Positions 8,139-17,268 of a stretch of DNA of 64,000 bases are shown here, one piece after another. This stretch comes from Aphanothece sp. CMT-3BRIN-NPC111 (lineage in GTDB: Bacteria > Cyanobacteriota > Cyanobacteriia > Cyanobacteriales > JAHHGU01), in the NCBI GenBank assembly GCA_019359765.1, contig JAHHGU010000015.1:26914-90913 (forward strand). Direction: 5' to 3'. The position numbers and the translations under genes were made by a program. The notes below the pieces were generated by a model, which had not been told where the DNA came from, searched no databases, and saw only the letters and a program-made list of their open reading frames with translations. Position 1 is the stretch's first letter. Every line of letters begins with the position of its first letter.

Positions 8139-10511
8139 ATGAGCCGTCAAAATCATGATTTTCCACCAGAGAGTAACGCTGTAGATCACGATCCCAATTC
8201 CCACCGTCGGGTTATTGCCTCAGCACCTGGCTGCGACTGGGTAAAGCGACTGCTCGATAGCCTCAGTATCAGGCAAAAAATTAGCTTTGGATATGCCCTA
8301 GCAATTGGTATTGCTATTGTGGGAGCCACTACCGGACAGGTAGTTGGAAAACACTATGAAACGCAGGCTAAGCAGCAATACGACTTTGCTCTTGAGGAAG
8401 AACACCTCTTAAGTGAATTGAAAATTGCGGTACTAGAGGCACGCTCACATCAGCAACAGTTTATTCCGCTGATGAAGCATCCTGAATTATATAAACAAGA
8501 GCATGCTCATTTTCTCAAACATATAGACGAGGTTAACAAGGTATTCTCACAAGTAAAATCTTATATAACTAAAGCATCAAAAATCGATTCAGACAACGCA
8601 AATCTAGAAAAATGGCTGCGAACTTACAACCATACGGTAGAGGGTTACAGCCAACAAATAGAAGCAGTTATGAGGCGCATAGATCCAGCAGATTTGCAGC
8701 CAGGAGAAGTAGCGGCAGCGCAGCAATCGCTTTTGGAATTTACCAATAGTGAGGTAGCGCTAAAGTTAGATAGTCTGTCAGATGATTTAACAGAGCTGAT
8801 TGAGGCTGCTCACAATGAAGAGGATGAAGCAAAGGAAGCTTTAGAGAAAGCAGAGGTAATGCACCTCCAGATTATTGGGTTTAGTCTTTTATTGTCGATC
8901 GCGATCGCTGTGACTTTGGCGCTTGTTACCAGTCGGGCGATCGCCTATCCTGTGGAAGCTATGACAAAGGTAACGAAGATCGCCACCGAGTCAGGCAATT
9001 TTGATCTCCTAGTTCCCGTTACCACTAAAGATGAAGTTGGAGTATTAGCCACTTCTTTCAACAACCTCATCCAACAAGTAGCAAATTATACCCAAAAACT
9101 AGAAATTGCCCGCCAGACATTAGAAAAACGGGTAGAGGAACGGACGTATGAATTAAGCCAGCTGATCGAGCAGATGGAGAGCGAAATAGCTCAACGTCAG
9201 AAGATGGAGTCAGCATTGCGCCAGAGCGAGTCACGGCTCAATAGCATTCTGAACTCGTTGAAAGACGTAGTGTGGTCGGTTGCCGTAGATAATTTTGCGG
9301 TTCTTTACATGAATCCTGCTACCGAAATTCTATATAAGCGCCCAGTGCGCGAGTTTTTCGATAATCCCAATCTTTGGATAGAAACTATTTATCCAGAAGA
9401 CAACTATTTCATCGACGATTTTTACCAGAAAATACTAAAAACTGGCAGCTATGAACGTGACTATAGGATTATCCTACCGAGTGGAGAACTGCGTTGGGTT
9501 CATAACAAGGCTTGGCTAATATACGATGAGAAAGGGAATACCACTCGCATAGATGGGATGGTTACGGATATCACAGAGCGCAAGCAGGCACAAGCAAAGT
9601 TGCAGCAAGCAGAAGCACAAGCGCGACAACAAACTTTCCAATTGGAGCAAGCCCTTCACTATCTACGACAAACACAATCCCAGCTAATTCAGACCGAAAA
9701 AATGTCTAGCTTGGGTCAAATGGTGGCGGGTGTGGCTCATGAAATCAATAATCCAGTCAACTTTATCCACGGCAACATCGGTCACATTAGTAGCTATGCT
9801 CAGGATTTACTCGGTTTAATCAACCTTTACCAGCAACACTATCCCCAAACTCACCCAGAAATTCAAGATGAGATAGAAGCAATTGACCTTGAATTCCTGA
9901 GCGAGGATCTACCTAAAATTCTGTCTTCAATTAAGATAGGCACTGAGCGTATCTGTCAAATAGTGCTGTCGTTGCGGAATTTCTCTCGCCTGGATGAAGC
10001 GGAGATGAAACTTGTCCATCTTAACGAAGGTATTGACAGCACACTGTTAATTCTCAATCACCATCTCAAACAGAGAATTGAAGTCATCAAGCAATATGGA
10101 GATTTGCCGCTGGTTGAGTGCTACCCAGCGCAACTCAATCAGGTATTCATGAATATTCTTAGCAATGCGGCTGATGCCCTGCTAGAGCAAGCAGATCGAC
10201 CTAACAAACAGATTGTAATTCAGACGCAAGTGGTTGATTCTAACCAAGTTAAAGTACGAATTCGAGATAACGGTCCTGGAATACCGCCAGAGGTGAAAAA
10301 CAAGATTTTTGACCCATTTTTTACGACGAAGCCCGTGGGTCAAGGTACTGGACTAGGGCTGGCTATTTGCTATCAGATTATTGCAAAGCACAAAGGTAAA
10401 ATAGAGGTTTACTCAGAGGCTGGGCAAGGGACGGAGTTTGCGATCGCATTACCTATCCAAAACAAAAGTTCTCCAGTACCACCTTTGTCACAGCTAAGTT
10501 CCCCCCAGTGA
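8139..10511 (+). CDS. Sensor histidine kinase (N-terminal membrane/sensor region, HAMP, coiled coil, PAS, HisKA-like, HATPase)
   Basis: HAMP region AIAYPVEAMTKV...KDEVGVLATSFNNLIQQV; PAS region SRLNSILNSLKDVVWSV...DITERKQA; H-box [20 protein letters not shown]; N-box [12 protein letters not shown]; G-boxes RDNGPGIP and [10 protein letters not shown]. Confidence 0.9.
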   Translation: MSRQNHDFPPESNAVDHDPNSHRRVIASAPGCDWVKRLLDSLSIRQKISFGYALAIGIAIVGATTGQVVGKHYETQAKQQYDFALEEEHLLSELKIAVLEARSHQQQFIPLMKHPELYKQEHAHFLKHIDEVNKVFSQVKSYITKASKIDSDNANLEKWLRTYNHTVEGYSQQIEAVMRRIDPADLQPGEVAAAQQSLLEFTNSEVALKLDSLSDDLTELIEAAHNEEDEAKEALEKAEVMHLQIIGFSLLLSIAIAVTLALVTSRAIAYPVEAMTKVTKIATESGNFDLLVPVTTKDEVGVLATSFNNLIQQVANYTQKLEIARQTLEKRVEERTYELSQLIEQMESEIAQRQKMESALRQSESRLNSILNSLKDVVWSVAVDNFAVLYMNPATEILYKRPVREFFDNPNLWIETIYPEDNYFIDDFYQKILKTGSYERDYRIILPSGELRWVHNKAWLIYDEKGNTTRIDGMVTDITERKQAQAKLQQAEAQARQQTFQLEQALHYLRQTQSQLIQTEKMSSLGQMVAGVAHEINNPVNFIHGNIGHISSYAQDLLGLINLYQQHYPQTHPEIQDEIEAIDLEFLSEDLPKILSSIKIGTERICQIVLSLRNFSRLDEAEMKLVHLNEGIDSTLLILNHHLKQRIEVIKQYGDLPLVECYPAQLNQVFMNILSNAADALLEQADRPNKQIVIQTQVVDSNQVKVRIRDNGPGIPPEVKNKIFDPFFTTKPVGQGTGLGLAICYQIIAKHKGKIEVYSEAGQGTEFAIALPIQNKSSPVPPLSQLSSPQ

Positions 10512-11720
10512 AGTAATTTTGGTTAGGCTCAAATCGGCTTGTTTCAAACTCACCTCCGTACAGGTGGCGATGTTAGCGGGTGTAATCTCAAATTGATTTG
10601 CATTGCTTTTCTGTTGTGCTGCTTCTATGGCTAACAATGCCTGTTTACGATCAATTCCCCAGCGATACCCGGTTAGGGAGCCGTTGCTGCCCACAACTCG
10701 ATGACAGGGAATTGCAACGGCAATGTTATTTGTCGCACAGGCACGGGCGACGGCACGTACCGCTTTGGGATTGCCAAGGCGTTGGGCAATTTCAGCATAG
10801 CTAGCAGTTTTACCGAGCGGAATAGCCCGTAGTGCCTGCCACACTTTCTGCTGAAACACGGTGCCTTGAATGTCTAGCGGTAGATTAAGTTCGGGCTGTG
10901 GTGTTTTGATAAACGCAATCACCTCTTCGACCCAGCGATCAAACTCTGGATCGTTTGCAGAGAACAGTGCCTTTGGAAAGCACTCTTGCAGCTGCGCGAT
11001 CGCGGTTTTGGAATCGTCGCTGAACTGAATTGCACAAATGCCACCCTCTGTAGCGGCAACCAACACCCAACCCAAATCAGAAGGCTTAACGGCATAGCGA
11101 ATTGTGACCCCAGTACCACCTTTTCGATAGTCCATCGGCTGCATTCCCAGAATCTCAGTCGCCTGATTGTAAAAACTACTGCTTGCTCTAAACCCAGCGT
11201 TGTAAACAGCCTGGGTTATGGAACTGTTTCCTGCTAGTTCGTGACGAACTTTTTTTGCCCGTAGAGCCATCTCATATTGTTTTGGGCTAATGCCAACGAT
11301 CTCTTTGAATAGCCGTTGGAAGTGGAAAGGACTGAACCCTGCGGTAGTTGCTAGTTTTTCCAGGGAAATAGAATCCTCGGATGACTCAATTTGCTTGCAG
11401 ATATTGGCAATCATCTCAACTTTCTGCTGGCGAGGCAAGTTTATCTGTGGTTGGCAGCGTTTACAAGCTCGAAAGCCAGCATTTTCAGCAGCCGTGTAGG
11501 AATCAAAAAAGAGAACATTTTCTCGGTTTGGCAGGCGAGATGCACAAGCTGGCCGGCAATAAATTCTGGTGGTTTTGACTCCATAAAAGAAGGCACCATC
11601 TGCTTCAGAATTCCTGCCTACCAGAGCCTCCCATCGCTGCTCGTTTGTTGAGAATTTGCGATCGTTCGCCTGCTGCATGATGACATTTATCAAGAGTGTA
11701 TATGTTTGCATGCTAAACAA
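10494..11720 (-). CDS. ada: Ada-like bifunctional regulator / methylated-DNA-protein-cysteine methyltransferase (Ada Zn domain, AraC HTH and MGMT)
   Basis: Cys cluster YCRPACASR...CKRC; AraC-type HTH FSPFHFQRLFKEIVGISPKQY; MGMT active site IPCHRVV. The likely true start is MQQANDRKF at 11678. The 3' end overlaps the convergent kinase gene by 18 nt. Confidence 0.85.
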   Translation of the reverse strand: MFSMQTYTLLINVIMQQANDRKFSTNEQRWEALVGRNSEADGAFFYGVKTTRIYCRPACASRLPNRENVLFFDSYTAAENAGFRACKRCQPQINLPRQQKVEMIANICKQIESSEDSISLEKLATTAGFSPFHFQRLFKEIVGISPKQYEMALRAKKVRHELAGNSSITQAVYNAGFRASSSFYNQATEILGMQPMDYRKGGTGVTIRYAVKPSDLGWVLVAATEGGICAIQFSDDSKTAIAQLQECFPKALFSANDPEFDRWVEEVIAFIKTPQPELNLPLDIQGTVFQQKVWQALRAIPLGKTASYAEIAQRLGNPKAVRAVARACATNNIAVAIPCHRVVGSNGSLTGYRWGIDRKQALLAIEAAQQKSNANQFEITPANIATCTEVSLKQADLSLTKITSLGGT

Positions 11721-11786
11721 TTACACCATCAACTAATATCCGAATCTTGCGGTCTAATTGGGGTTGCTAGAAGTATCGTACTGCCC

Positions 11787-12002
11787 TTAAATAGCCGCCC
11801 CCCAGCAGATGTCTGGCAATCGCTGCCAACTGTGCCATAAAGCCTGCCACCTAGGCTCTCCATCCGACTGGCTATTAATAAACCTTCCCAAACGAGCAAC
11901 AGCCCGCCAAAATTGCAGCATCGTCAGTTTAGAATCAAGCAAGCCAAATAAAGCAGCCGCCATAAGGGTGCTTGACAACCGACCTTGCCGCCAAACTCCC
12001 AT
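11787..12002 (-). pseudogene. Relic of the C-terminal (dimerisation) end of an IS4/Tn5-like transposase
   Basis: The translation LQFWRAVARLGRFINSQSDGEPRWQALWHSWQRLPD parallels the Tn5 transposase C-terminus (LQWAYMAIARLGGFMDSKRTGIASWGALWEGWEALQ). No upstream DDE catalytic region is present, and heptamer repeats follow at 12027. Confidence 0.5.
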
Positions 12003-12026
12003 AAATGCTGCTATAACTGTATGTTT

Positions 12027-12068
12027 GCTAAAAGCTAATTGCTAAAAGCTAACTGCTAATTGCTATAA
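12027..12068. repeat. Six tandem heptamers of the GCTAAxx family
   Basis: Reads gctaaaa gctaatt gctaaaa gctaact gctaatt gctataa. The reverse complement of the same family occurs at 62914-62948. Confidence 0.9.
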
Positions 12069-12260
12069 AGTCACCAAAACCTTCAACATACTGAACTAGC
12101 TAGACGCTGAGGATAGGTACGACTAAGGTTGTGCAACTGTAGTCACTTCACGGCGACTCATTGCCAGAAATCAAGCGTAAACGCTTTAAGGCATCCTGGA
12201 AATGCGTAAGTCCTGATAATCTGATTTTGGGATTCAAAACTGAAATTCTGGGAGTAAAAC

Positions 12261-12710
12261 TTGGAACGGACATTTCTAGCAATCAAGCCAGACGGTGTAC
12301 AGCGCAAACTCGCAGGCGAGATCATCCGTCGCTTTGAGACTAAGGGCTTTACCCTCATTGGCCTAAAGTTGATGCAAGTGAGCCGAGAACTTGCCGAACA
12401 GCACTATGACGTCCACCGAGAAAAGCCTTTTTTTGCTGGGCTTGTCGAATTTATCACTTCTGGCCCGGTAGTGGTGATGGTGTGGGAAGGTGATGGCGTT
12501 GTCGCCGCAGCTAGGACAATTATTGGCGCTACCAACCCCCTTAGCGCGGCTCCAGGTACGATCCGTGGTGACTATGGGGTTAGCATTGGTCGCAACCTGA
12601 TTCATGGCTCTGATGCCGTAGAGACAGCGCAACGCGAGATTAGCCTGTGGTTTAAAGAAGAAGAACTAGTCAGTTGGCAGCCGACTTTGACATCTTGGCT
12701 TTACGAGTGA
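12261..12710 (+). CDS. ndk: Nucleoside diphosphate kinase
   Basis: The product starts (M)[14 protein letters not shown] and contains NLIHGSDA with the active-site His. 149 aa. The start codon is TTG at 12261. Confidence 0.95.
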   Translation: MERTFLAIKPDGVQRKLAGEIIRRFETKGFTLIGLKLMQVSRELAEQHYDVHREKPFFAGLVEFITSGPVVVMVWEGDGVVAAARTIIGATNPLSAAPGTIRGDYGVSIGRNLIHGSDAVETAQREISLWFKEEELVSWQPTLTSWLYE

Positions 12711-12724
12711 TAGCAAATTAAGCC

Positions 12725-12778
12725 ATAGGTGATAGGTGATGGGTAATTCAACTACCTTTGAGCAATTACCTATCACCG
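12725..12778. repeat. Heptamer (GATAGGT) repeats forming an imperfect hairpin downstream of ndk
   Basis: Reads ataggtgataggtgatgggtaattcaactacctttgagcaattacctatcaccgat. The arms ggtgataggt...aatt and aattacctatcacc are complementary. Confidence 0.75.
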
Positions 12779-12881
12779 ATCGCCAAAAACTTTGACCAAA
12801 AAGAAAACAGATCTCCAGCCCCCGGCATACCGTCTGGGGGACAATGCAAAATCGAATCACACGTCAAGTTGCGAGAGCTCC

Positions 12882-13050
12882 AATTCGTAATTGATAATTA
12901 CGTTGCTCCGCAACACGAAGAGCGAACGTAATTCGTGGGGCTTGTACCGTTCAAAGTTCGGCGAGGAGTTCGGCGAAGGCTCACTCGAGCCGCTGAGCTC
13001 ACGGCCGAAGCCTCTTTAATTACGAATTACGAATTGCGAATTACGAATTA
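12882..13050. repeat. Composite element: AATTACG-type heptamer arms in inverted orientation flanking a GC-rich core
   Basis: Left arm aattcgtaattgataattacg. Core ...ggcgaggagttcggcgaaggctcactcgagccgctgagctcacggccgaagcctc. Right arm aattacgaattacgaattgcgaattacgaatta. The right arm supplies the last codons and stop of the TerC-family gene (13041). Confidence 0.75.
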
Positions 13051-13796
13051 TTTTGGTTATCTTTGTTATCGGCTGGAGTTGTAACTAATAACTCCTTAGT
13101 CTCGCTCTCTGGCGATGACTTTTGAGTGGCGCGCTGGGAAAATCCCCAGGCAAATACCCCAGCAACCGCAGTAATCATTAACCACTCAGGCGGTGTCATT
13201 GCGGGGTTAATGGCTCTGATTAACAGTCGCAACCCCACTAGCCCAACTGTTATGTAGCCAGCGTCCTCAAGATGAACATACTCATCGAGCCAGCGGATAA
13301 ACAATCCGGCCATGAACCGCAGGGTGATGACACCAATCGTGCCACCGAGGAGGACTAACCAAGTTTCTTGAGAAATGGCGATCGCTGTTGTGACGCTATC
13401 AAGCGAGAAAGCCAGATCAGTAAAAGCGATTATTGGTATTGCCTGCCAGAGTGAAGTAAACTTAGGGCCATGATGTTCGCTATCTGCCCCTTCATCGGAG
13501 CTAAAGTATTGGAATACCAGCCAAAGTAAATAGGCAGCCCCTAATAACTCAAACTGCCAGAAGTTAACTACCCAGGTAGCTGTCAGAATCAAGGTAATTC
13601 TGAGAATATAAGCAACTGCTAAGCCAAAGTTGAGGGCGCGACGCTGAAGTGTGCTGTCTTCTAAGCCCTGGGCGATCGCGGCTAAGGCGATCGCATTGTC
13701 TGCTGACAGCACCGCCTCTAACGCCACCAGGATCAGCAGTACAAAGGAGGCTTCAATTCCCCCATGGAATGGGGAGTCCATGATTTGGTCTAGCAT
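13041..13796 (-). CDS. TerC-family integral membrane protein
   Basis: 251 aa and polytopic. Has the paired motifs LSADNAIALAAIA and FSLDSVTTAIAIS, characteristic of the TerC/Alx family. Confidence 0.8.
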   Translation of the reverse strand: MLDQIMDSPFHGGIEASFVLLILVALEAVLSADNAIALAAIAQGLEDSTLQRRALNFGLAVAYILRITLILTATWVVNFWQFELLGAAYLLWLVFQYFSSDEGADSEHHGPKFTSLWQAIPIIAFTDLAFSLDSVTTAIAISQETWLVLLGGTIGVITLRFMAGLFIRWLDEYVHLEDAGYITVGLVGLRLLIRAINPAMTPPEWLMITAVAGVFAWGFSQRATQKSSPESETKELLVTTPADNKDNQNNS

Positions 13797-14054
13797 TAAC
13801 GATTGTTCAAATTTGAGATATGCAAACCAAAAGCAACCAGTAAGTCGCTAAAAACAGCAAAAATGATTGCTATCTTAACCAAGCTTAACCTAACGCTCGC
13901 AAAATTCTGCTGAAAATTGAACCGTAACAATTCTGCCTAATGGGGTTGATTTGCTGTGCTTGTGTGTTGCATCTTGTTACAAGATAGTTAAAGAAGAGCC
14001 AATTTACCCCAAATTGTTGAAATATAAACCCTGAAACCAGGAGAAAAACGAACA

Positions 14055-14150
14055 ATGTCTATATCAGATACCCAAGTGTTTGTGGCTTTAGTTGTAGCGC
14101 TGATTCCAGGCATCATGGCCTTCCGGCTAGCGACAGAACTGTACAAGTAG
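14055..14150 (+). CDS. psaM: Photosystem I reaction centre subunit XII (PsaM)
   Basis: Below the ORF-track size cutoff. Manual translation gives [31 protein letters not shown] (31 aa), which matches the conserved PsaM pattern ...DTQV.VAL..AL.P...A.RL.TELYK. Confidence 0.9.
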   Translation: MSISDTQVFVALVVALIPGIMAFRLATELYK

Positions 14151-14195
14151 GTCGCAGTAGTGATGCTGTAGGGAATCTATCGACAGCAGGCGAGA

Positions 14196-14245
14196 GGCAA
14201 AAATCATAAGGTGAGAAAAAGACTTCTCACCTTATGATTTTTGCC
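14196..14245 (+). terminator. Perfect 22-bp stem / 6-nt loop hairpin downstream of psaM
   Basis: ggcaaaaatcataaggtgagaa aaagac ttctcaccttatgatttttgcc. The descending arm contains a T-run. Confidence 0.7.
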
Positions 14246-14462
14246 CCTTGCCTGTTAAACCTCAATTAAGTGAAATAGTTAGGCCCAGATATTTATCTGT
14301 AATTTCTCTGGTTGGCTCAGTGTTCCACTTGCTGGCGTAGGTTATTTGCCACTTGCGGTGATACTCATCCAACACTCATGGTAGGTAAAAAGCGGTATCC
14401 AGACTTTGCCATGTTTTCCTCAACTCAGCTACACTGGCTGGCGATCGCGATATCCTGACATC

Positions 14463-14870
14463 ATGAACGCAATTCAACCTTCAAGACCTCCTCTGCAATC
14501 GGTCAAATCCCGCCGGAGGCCCCCCCGGACAGCACGACCTCAGCGGATTCATCCTTACCGTGAACCCGCAGCTGAAACGACTGCTAAGTTAGTCGTCAAT
14601 GTGGTGCTGTCAGTGGCAGCGATCGCCTCACTGATCCAACTTGTGCCTTTTCAAATGTCACAGCAAGCAAAGTTGCAGGAAATCCGAGCGGAAGTTAAGC
14701 GAACTGAAAAACGGGTCGAGCCTTTACGCAGCGACTTCAGTCGCGGTTTTGACCCTCAGCAATCCCAAAGTATTATGCAGGAGGAGAGCCATCGGGTTGA
14801 CCCCCATCAGCGTCAGGTCGTTTTGCTGGACAAGGACGCTCCAGATGAGGAGTCTGTTTCAGAGCCATAG
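14463..14870 (+). CDS. Hypothetical single-pass membrane protein with a coiled-coil segment (FtsB/DivIC-like topology)
   Basis: The track ORF begins at a TTG (14406). The ATG at 14463 (MNAIQPSRPP...) is more plausible. It has a basic/Pro-rich N-terminus, the TM segment LVVNVVLSVAAIASLIQLV, then QQAKLQEIRAEVKRTEKRVEPL. Confidence 0.5.
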   Translation: MNAIQPSRPPLQSVKSRRRPPRTARPQRIHPYREPAAETTAKLVVNVVLSVAAIASLIQLVPFQMSQQAKLQEIRAEVKRTEKRVEPLRSDFSRGFDPQQSQSIMQEESHRVDPHQRQVVLLDKDAPDEESVSEP

Positions 14871-14883
14871 CAAAAGTTTTAAG

Positions 14884-15591
14884 TTACGAAGCGGATTTAT
14901 GACTCAGTGGATTCAACAAGTCGTTCATCCAATTTTGCACTTGCAGGCGCAGGCGACTGGCAGCGTCAGATGGGGGTTCAAGCTCTAGGAAGCGCCGGTA
15001 GTCAGAGATCGCGCAGTTCCAGTCACCTAAGAGGTGATAGGTGCGCCCGCGTTCGGCATAGATGTGACTTGCCAGTTGACCTAAGTGCAGGGCAAACTCA
15101 AAATTATCCAGCGCTCGCGAATATTGTCCCAGTTCGCGAAAAGTGATTCCCAGGTTTATCCAGGCACGAATATTACGAGGATTGAGGTCAAGGGCTATTT
15201 CGTAGTCCCCTATCGCTTCTGACAAGAGTCCTTGAGCTGCGTAGTAGTTAGCTCGGTTGTTGTAGGCGCTGTCGAGCTGAGGATTCAGTTTCAGAGCCTT
15301 GTTGTAATCGGCGATCGCGTTTGCCAGTTGACCACTTTGGAAATAAATCAGCCCCCGATTGTTGTAATCAACAGCGCTGGTGGGGTTACGGTCAATCAGC
15401 TCAGTCAAAAGCGTGATCGCACCAGCATAATCTCCCTGCTGCGCTTTTGCCCTAATGTATGCACGTAGGCAGCTAGTGGATTCTGTTTGAAAATGTCTGG
15501 GACGCCCTTGAGCATCATTGCTACTTCCTGGAATGCTAGGGTGCCTGTGTTTCCTATGGTATTGCTGGTATAGAGAAGTGCGAGCGTTCAT
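14884..15591 (-). CDS. TPR-repeat protein
   Basis: Repeated 34-aa units containing YNNRG.IY...G....AI.DYNKAL.LNP, AYNNRANYYAAQG, AWINLGITF and IYAERGRTY. Confidence 0.85.
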   Translation of the reverse strand: MNARTSLYQQYHRKHRHPSIPGSSNDAQGRPRHFQTESTSCLRAYIRAKAQQGDYAGAITLLTELIDRNPTSAVDYNNRGLIYFQSGQLANAIADYNKALKLNPQLDSAYNNRANYYAAQGLLSEAIGDYEIALDLNPRNIRAWINLGITFRELGQYSRALDNFEFALHLGQLASHIYAERGRTYHLLGDWNCAISDYRRFLELEPPSDAASRLRLQVQNWMNDLLNPLSHKSAS

Positions 15592-16048
15592 TTTTTCCTC
15601 AATGGCACCTGCAAACGGTCACCGAATTCAATTTATCTAAAAATGCAAAAAGAGGAATCCCGCTATAGTCGAATACTTAGGGGTAAGAGTTGTCAAAAGC
15701 TTTTCCTTCTGTGCGGGTAGGTTTGTGCGTCACTGCCTTATGCGTATGCCATGAAAGACATAGGCTTGCAGGTGCGATCGCTCAAACAGTCCACTTCAAG
15801 TTAAATTTATTGAGTAAATCTACACTGCCACTCAGGTTGATTCCGAAAACACCATATTTTTTTTTATACCAAAGGCATCAAATGCCCTATACGTAATGGT
15901 TTGCCGTCAAACAACTCTGAAAAGTCTCCGGGCTAATTGGTGTAAGGAAGAACATCGAAAGCATAATAAAGGTAAAGATTTGCAGTTAGGAATCGTTAAC
16001 TGGTAAAACCTTTGACCGATGTGTTGATTCTTTAAGAGGAATATTTTC

Positions 16049-16513
16049 ATGACAACTGCAATGTCCTTTCCTAATGCGCCTGATGTGTCCGCAGATGACT
16101 ACCTGGTTTTGGGCTTAGCCACCTGCTTCTACAAAGAAGACGGTGAAGTTCATCAAGTCAAAATTGTCGAGCCTATCCCCTCAGCGGCACTGGAAGCGAT
16201 TCTCAAGGGGATTCCCACCTCTTATGAGATGGCTTATGCAACTACATTAGGTGATGTAATCCCAACTGAAACGCCCCAGATGCCAGCATTATTTCCAGCA
16301 GAGGCTCAGTTGAGTGATGAGTTTGTAGAAAGAGCGCTCGCAGCTGTTCGCACCTATAAGCGTCGCCCAGAGGCTCAGTCCCATATCCCCATAGGCAGCA
16401 GTCGCAATGACTTCCAATACACGGTAGAACGCAAGCGCGTACTCAATGCCAGCCGCGTTGTTACAAAAGATGACAATGTGAAACAACACTCCCATACTCA
16501 TAAAGTCCTTTAG
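16049..16513 (+). CDS. Hypothetical protein (154 aa)
   Basis: ATG preceded by aagagga at about -8. No motif that I recognise with confidence. Confidence 0.5.
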   Translation: MTTAMSFPNAPDVSADDYLVLGLATCFYKEDGEVHQVKIVEPIPSAALEAILKGIPTSYEMAYATTLGDVIPTETPQMPALFPAEAQLSDEFVERALAAVRTYKRRPEAQSHIPIGSSRNDFQYTVERKRVLNASRVVTKDDNVKQHSHTHKVL

Positions 16514-16528
16514 ATCCATAAGCACAGT

Positions 16529-17086
16529 ATGTTGAAACTCTATGGCGGTGCCCGCAGTCGGGCGTCAATTGTCCAGTGGTATCTCGAAGAACTGGGCGTT
16601 CCTTACGAATTTGTCATGCTGGATATGCAGGCAGGTGCCCATCGGCAACCAGACTACCTCGCGATTAACCCGATGGGGAAAGTCCCAGCGATTGAGGATG
16701 GAGATTTTAAGCTTTGGGAGTCGGGGGCGATTTTGCTATATCTGGCTCAGAAGTACGGCAAGATGTCTCAGTCTTTGGAAGATCAAGCCCACATCACTCA
16801 ATGGGTAATGTTTGCCAATGCCACACTAGGGCCAGGAATTTTTGTAGAAGCGAGTCGGGAACGAGAAACACCCAATTTGATGACGCCGCTAAATCAAATC
16901 TTTGAGAAGCAACCGTTCTTACTGGGACAAGAATTTAGTGTTGCTGATGTGGCAGTTGGGTCAATGTTGGCTTATATTCCGATGATGCTAAAGCTCGATC
17001 TGAGTGACTACCCTGCTGTTGTGGATTATATCAAGCGCATTACGGAGCGATCGGCGTTTCAGAAGGCGATCGGTTCGCGTAGTTGA
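16529..17086 (+). CDS. Glutathione S-transferase
   Basis: Thioredoxin-like N-domain MLKLYGGARSRASIVQWYLEELGVPYEFV...GKVPAIEDGDFKLWESGAILLYL, followed by a helical C-domain. Confidence 0.85.
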   Translation: MLKLYGGARSRASIVQWYLEELGVPYEFVMLDMQAGAHRQPDYLAINPMGKVPAIEDGDFKLWESGAILLYLAQKYGKMSQSLEDQAHITQWVMFANATLGPGIFVEASRERETPNLMTPLNQIFEKQPFLLGQEFSVADVAVGSMLAYIPMMLKLDLSDYPAVVDYIKRITERSAFQKAIGSRS

Positions 17087-17128
17087 TGGAGATGTGGGGG
17101 TAGGTGTTGTGCTTATCCCCATTTCTTA

Positions 17129-17168
17129 ATTAGGGCGTGTCTGCTTTCAAGAGCAGATACGCCCTAAT
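17129..17168. terminator. 17-bp hairpin between the GST gene and the AT-rich island
   Basis: attagggcgtgtctgct ttcaag agcagatacgccctaat, with one G-U pair. There is no clear U-tract on either strand. Confidence 0.4.
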
Positions 17169-17268
17169 CTACGTTCAGAAGTGGCTACACTATGCCTTGC
17201 CTATATCACTTTTGATCGATAATAACGAACTCTGTACCCGATGGGGCTATCATCACTAATTATTACGT

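Noticed and set aside
10494-10511. 18-nt convergent overlap of the kinase and ada-like genes, considered as a regulatory feature
   Set aside because: It is probably just the unconserved C-terminal tails of both ORFs running to the first available stops. There is no structure or motif in the overlap.
13797-14054. Possible yybP-ykoY (Mn) riboswitch upstream of the TerC-family gene
   Set aside because: I could not find the conserved core elements of that motif on the minus strand. A covariance-model scan would be needed to be sure.
14641-14988. 115-aa plus-strand ORF spanning the end of 14463-14870 and the TPR gene end
   Set aside because: It is out of frame with the upstream gene and antisense to the TPR gene terminus. 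It is Ser/Arg/Cys-rich with a non-protein-like composition.
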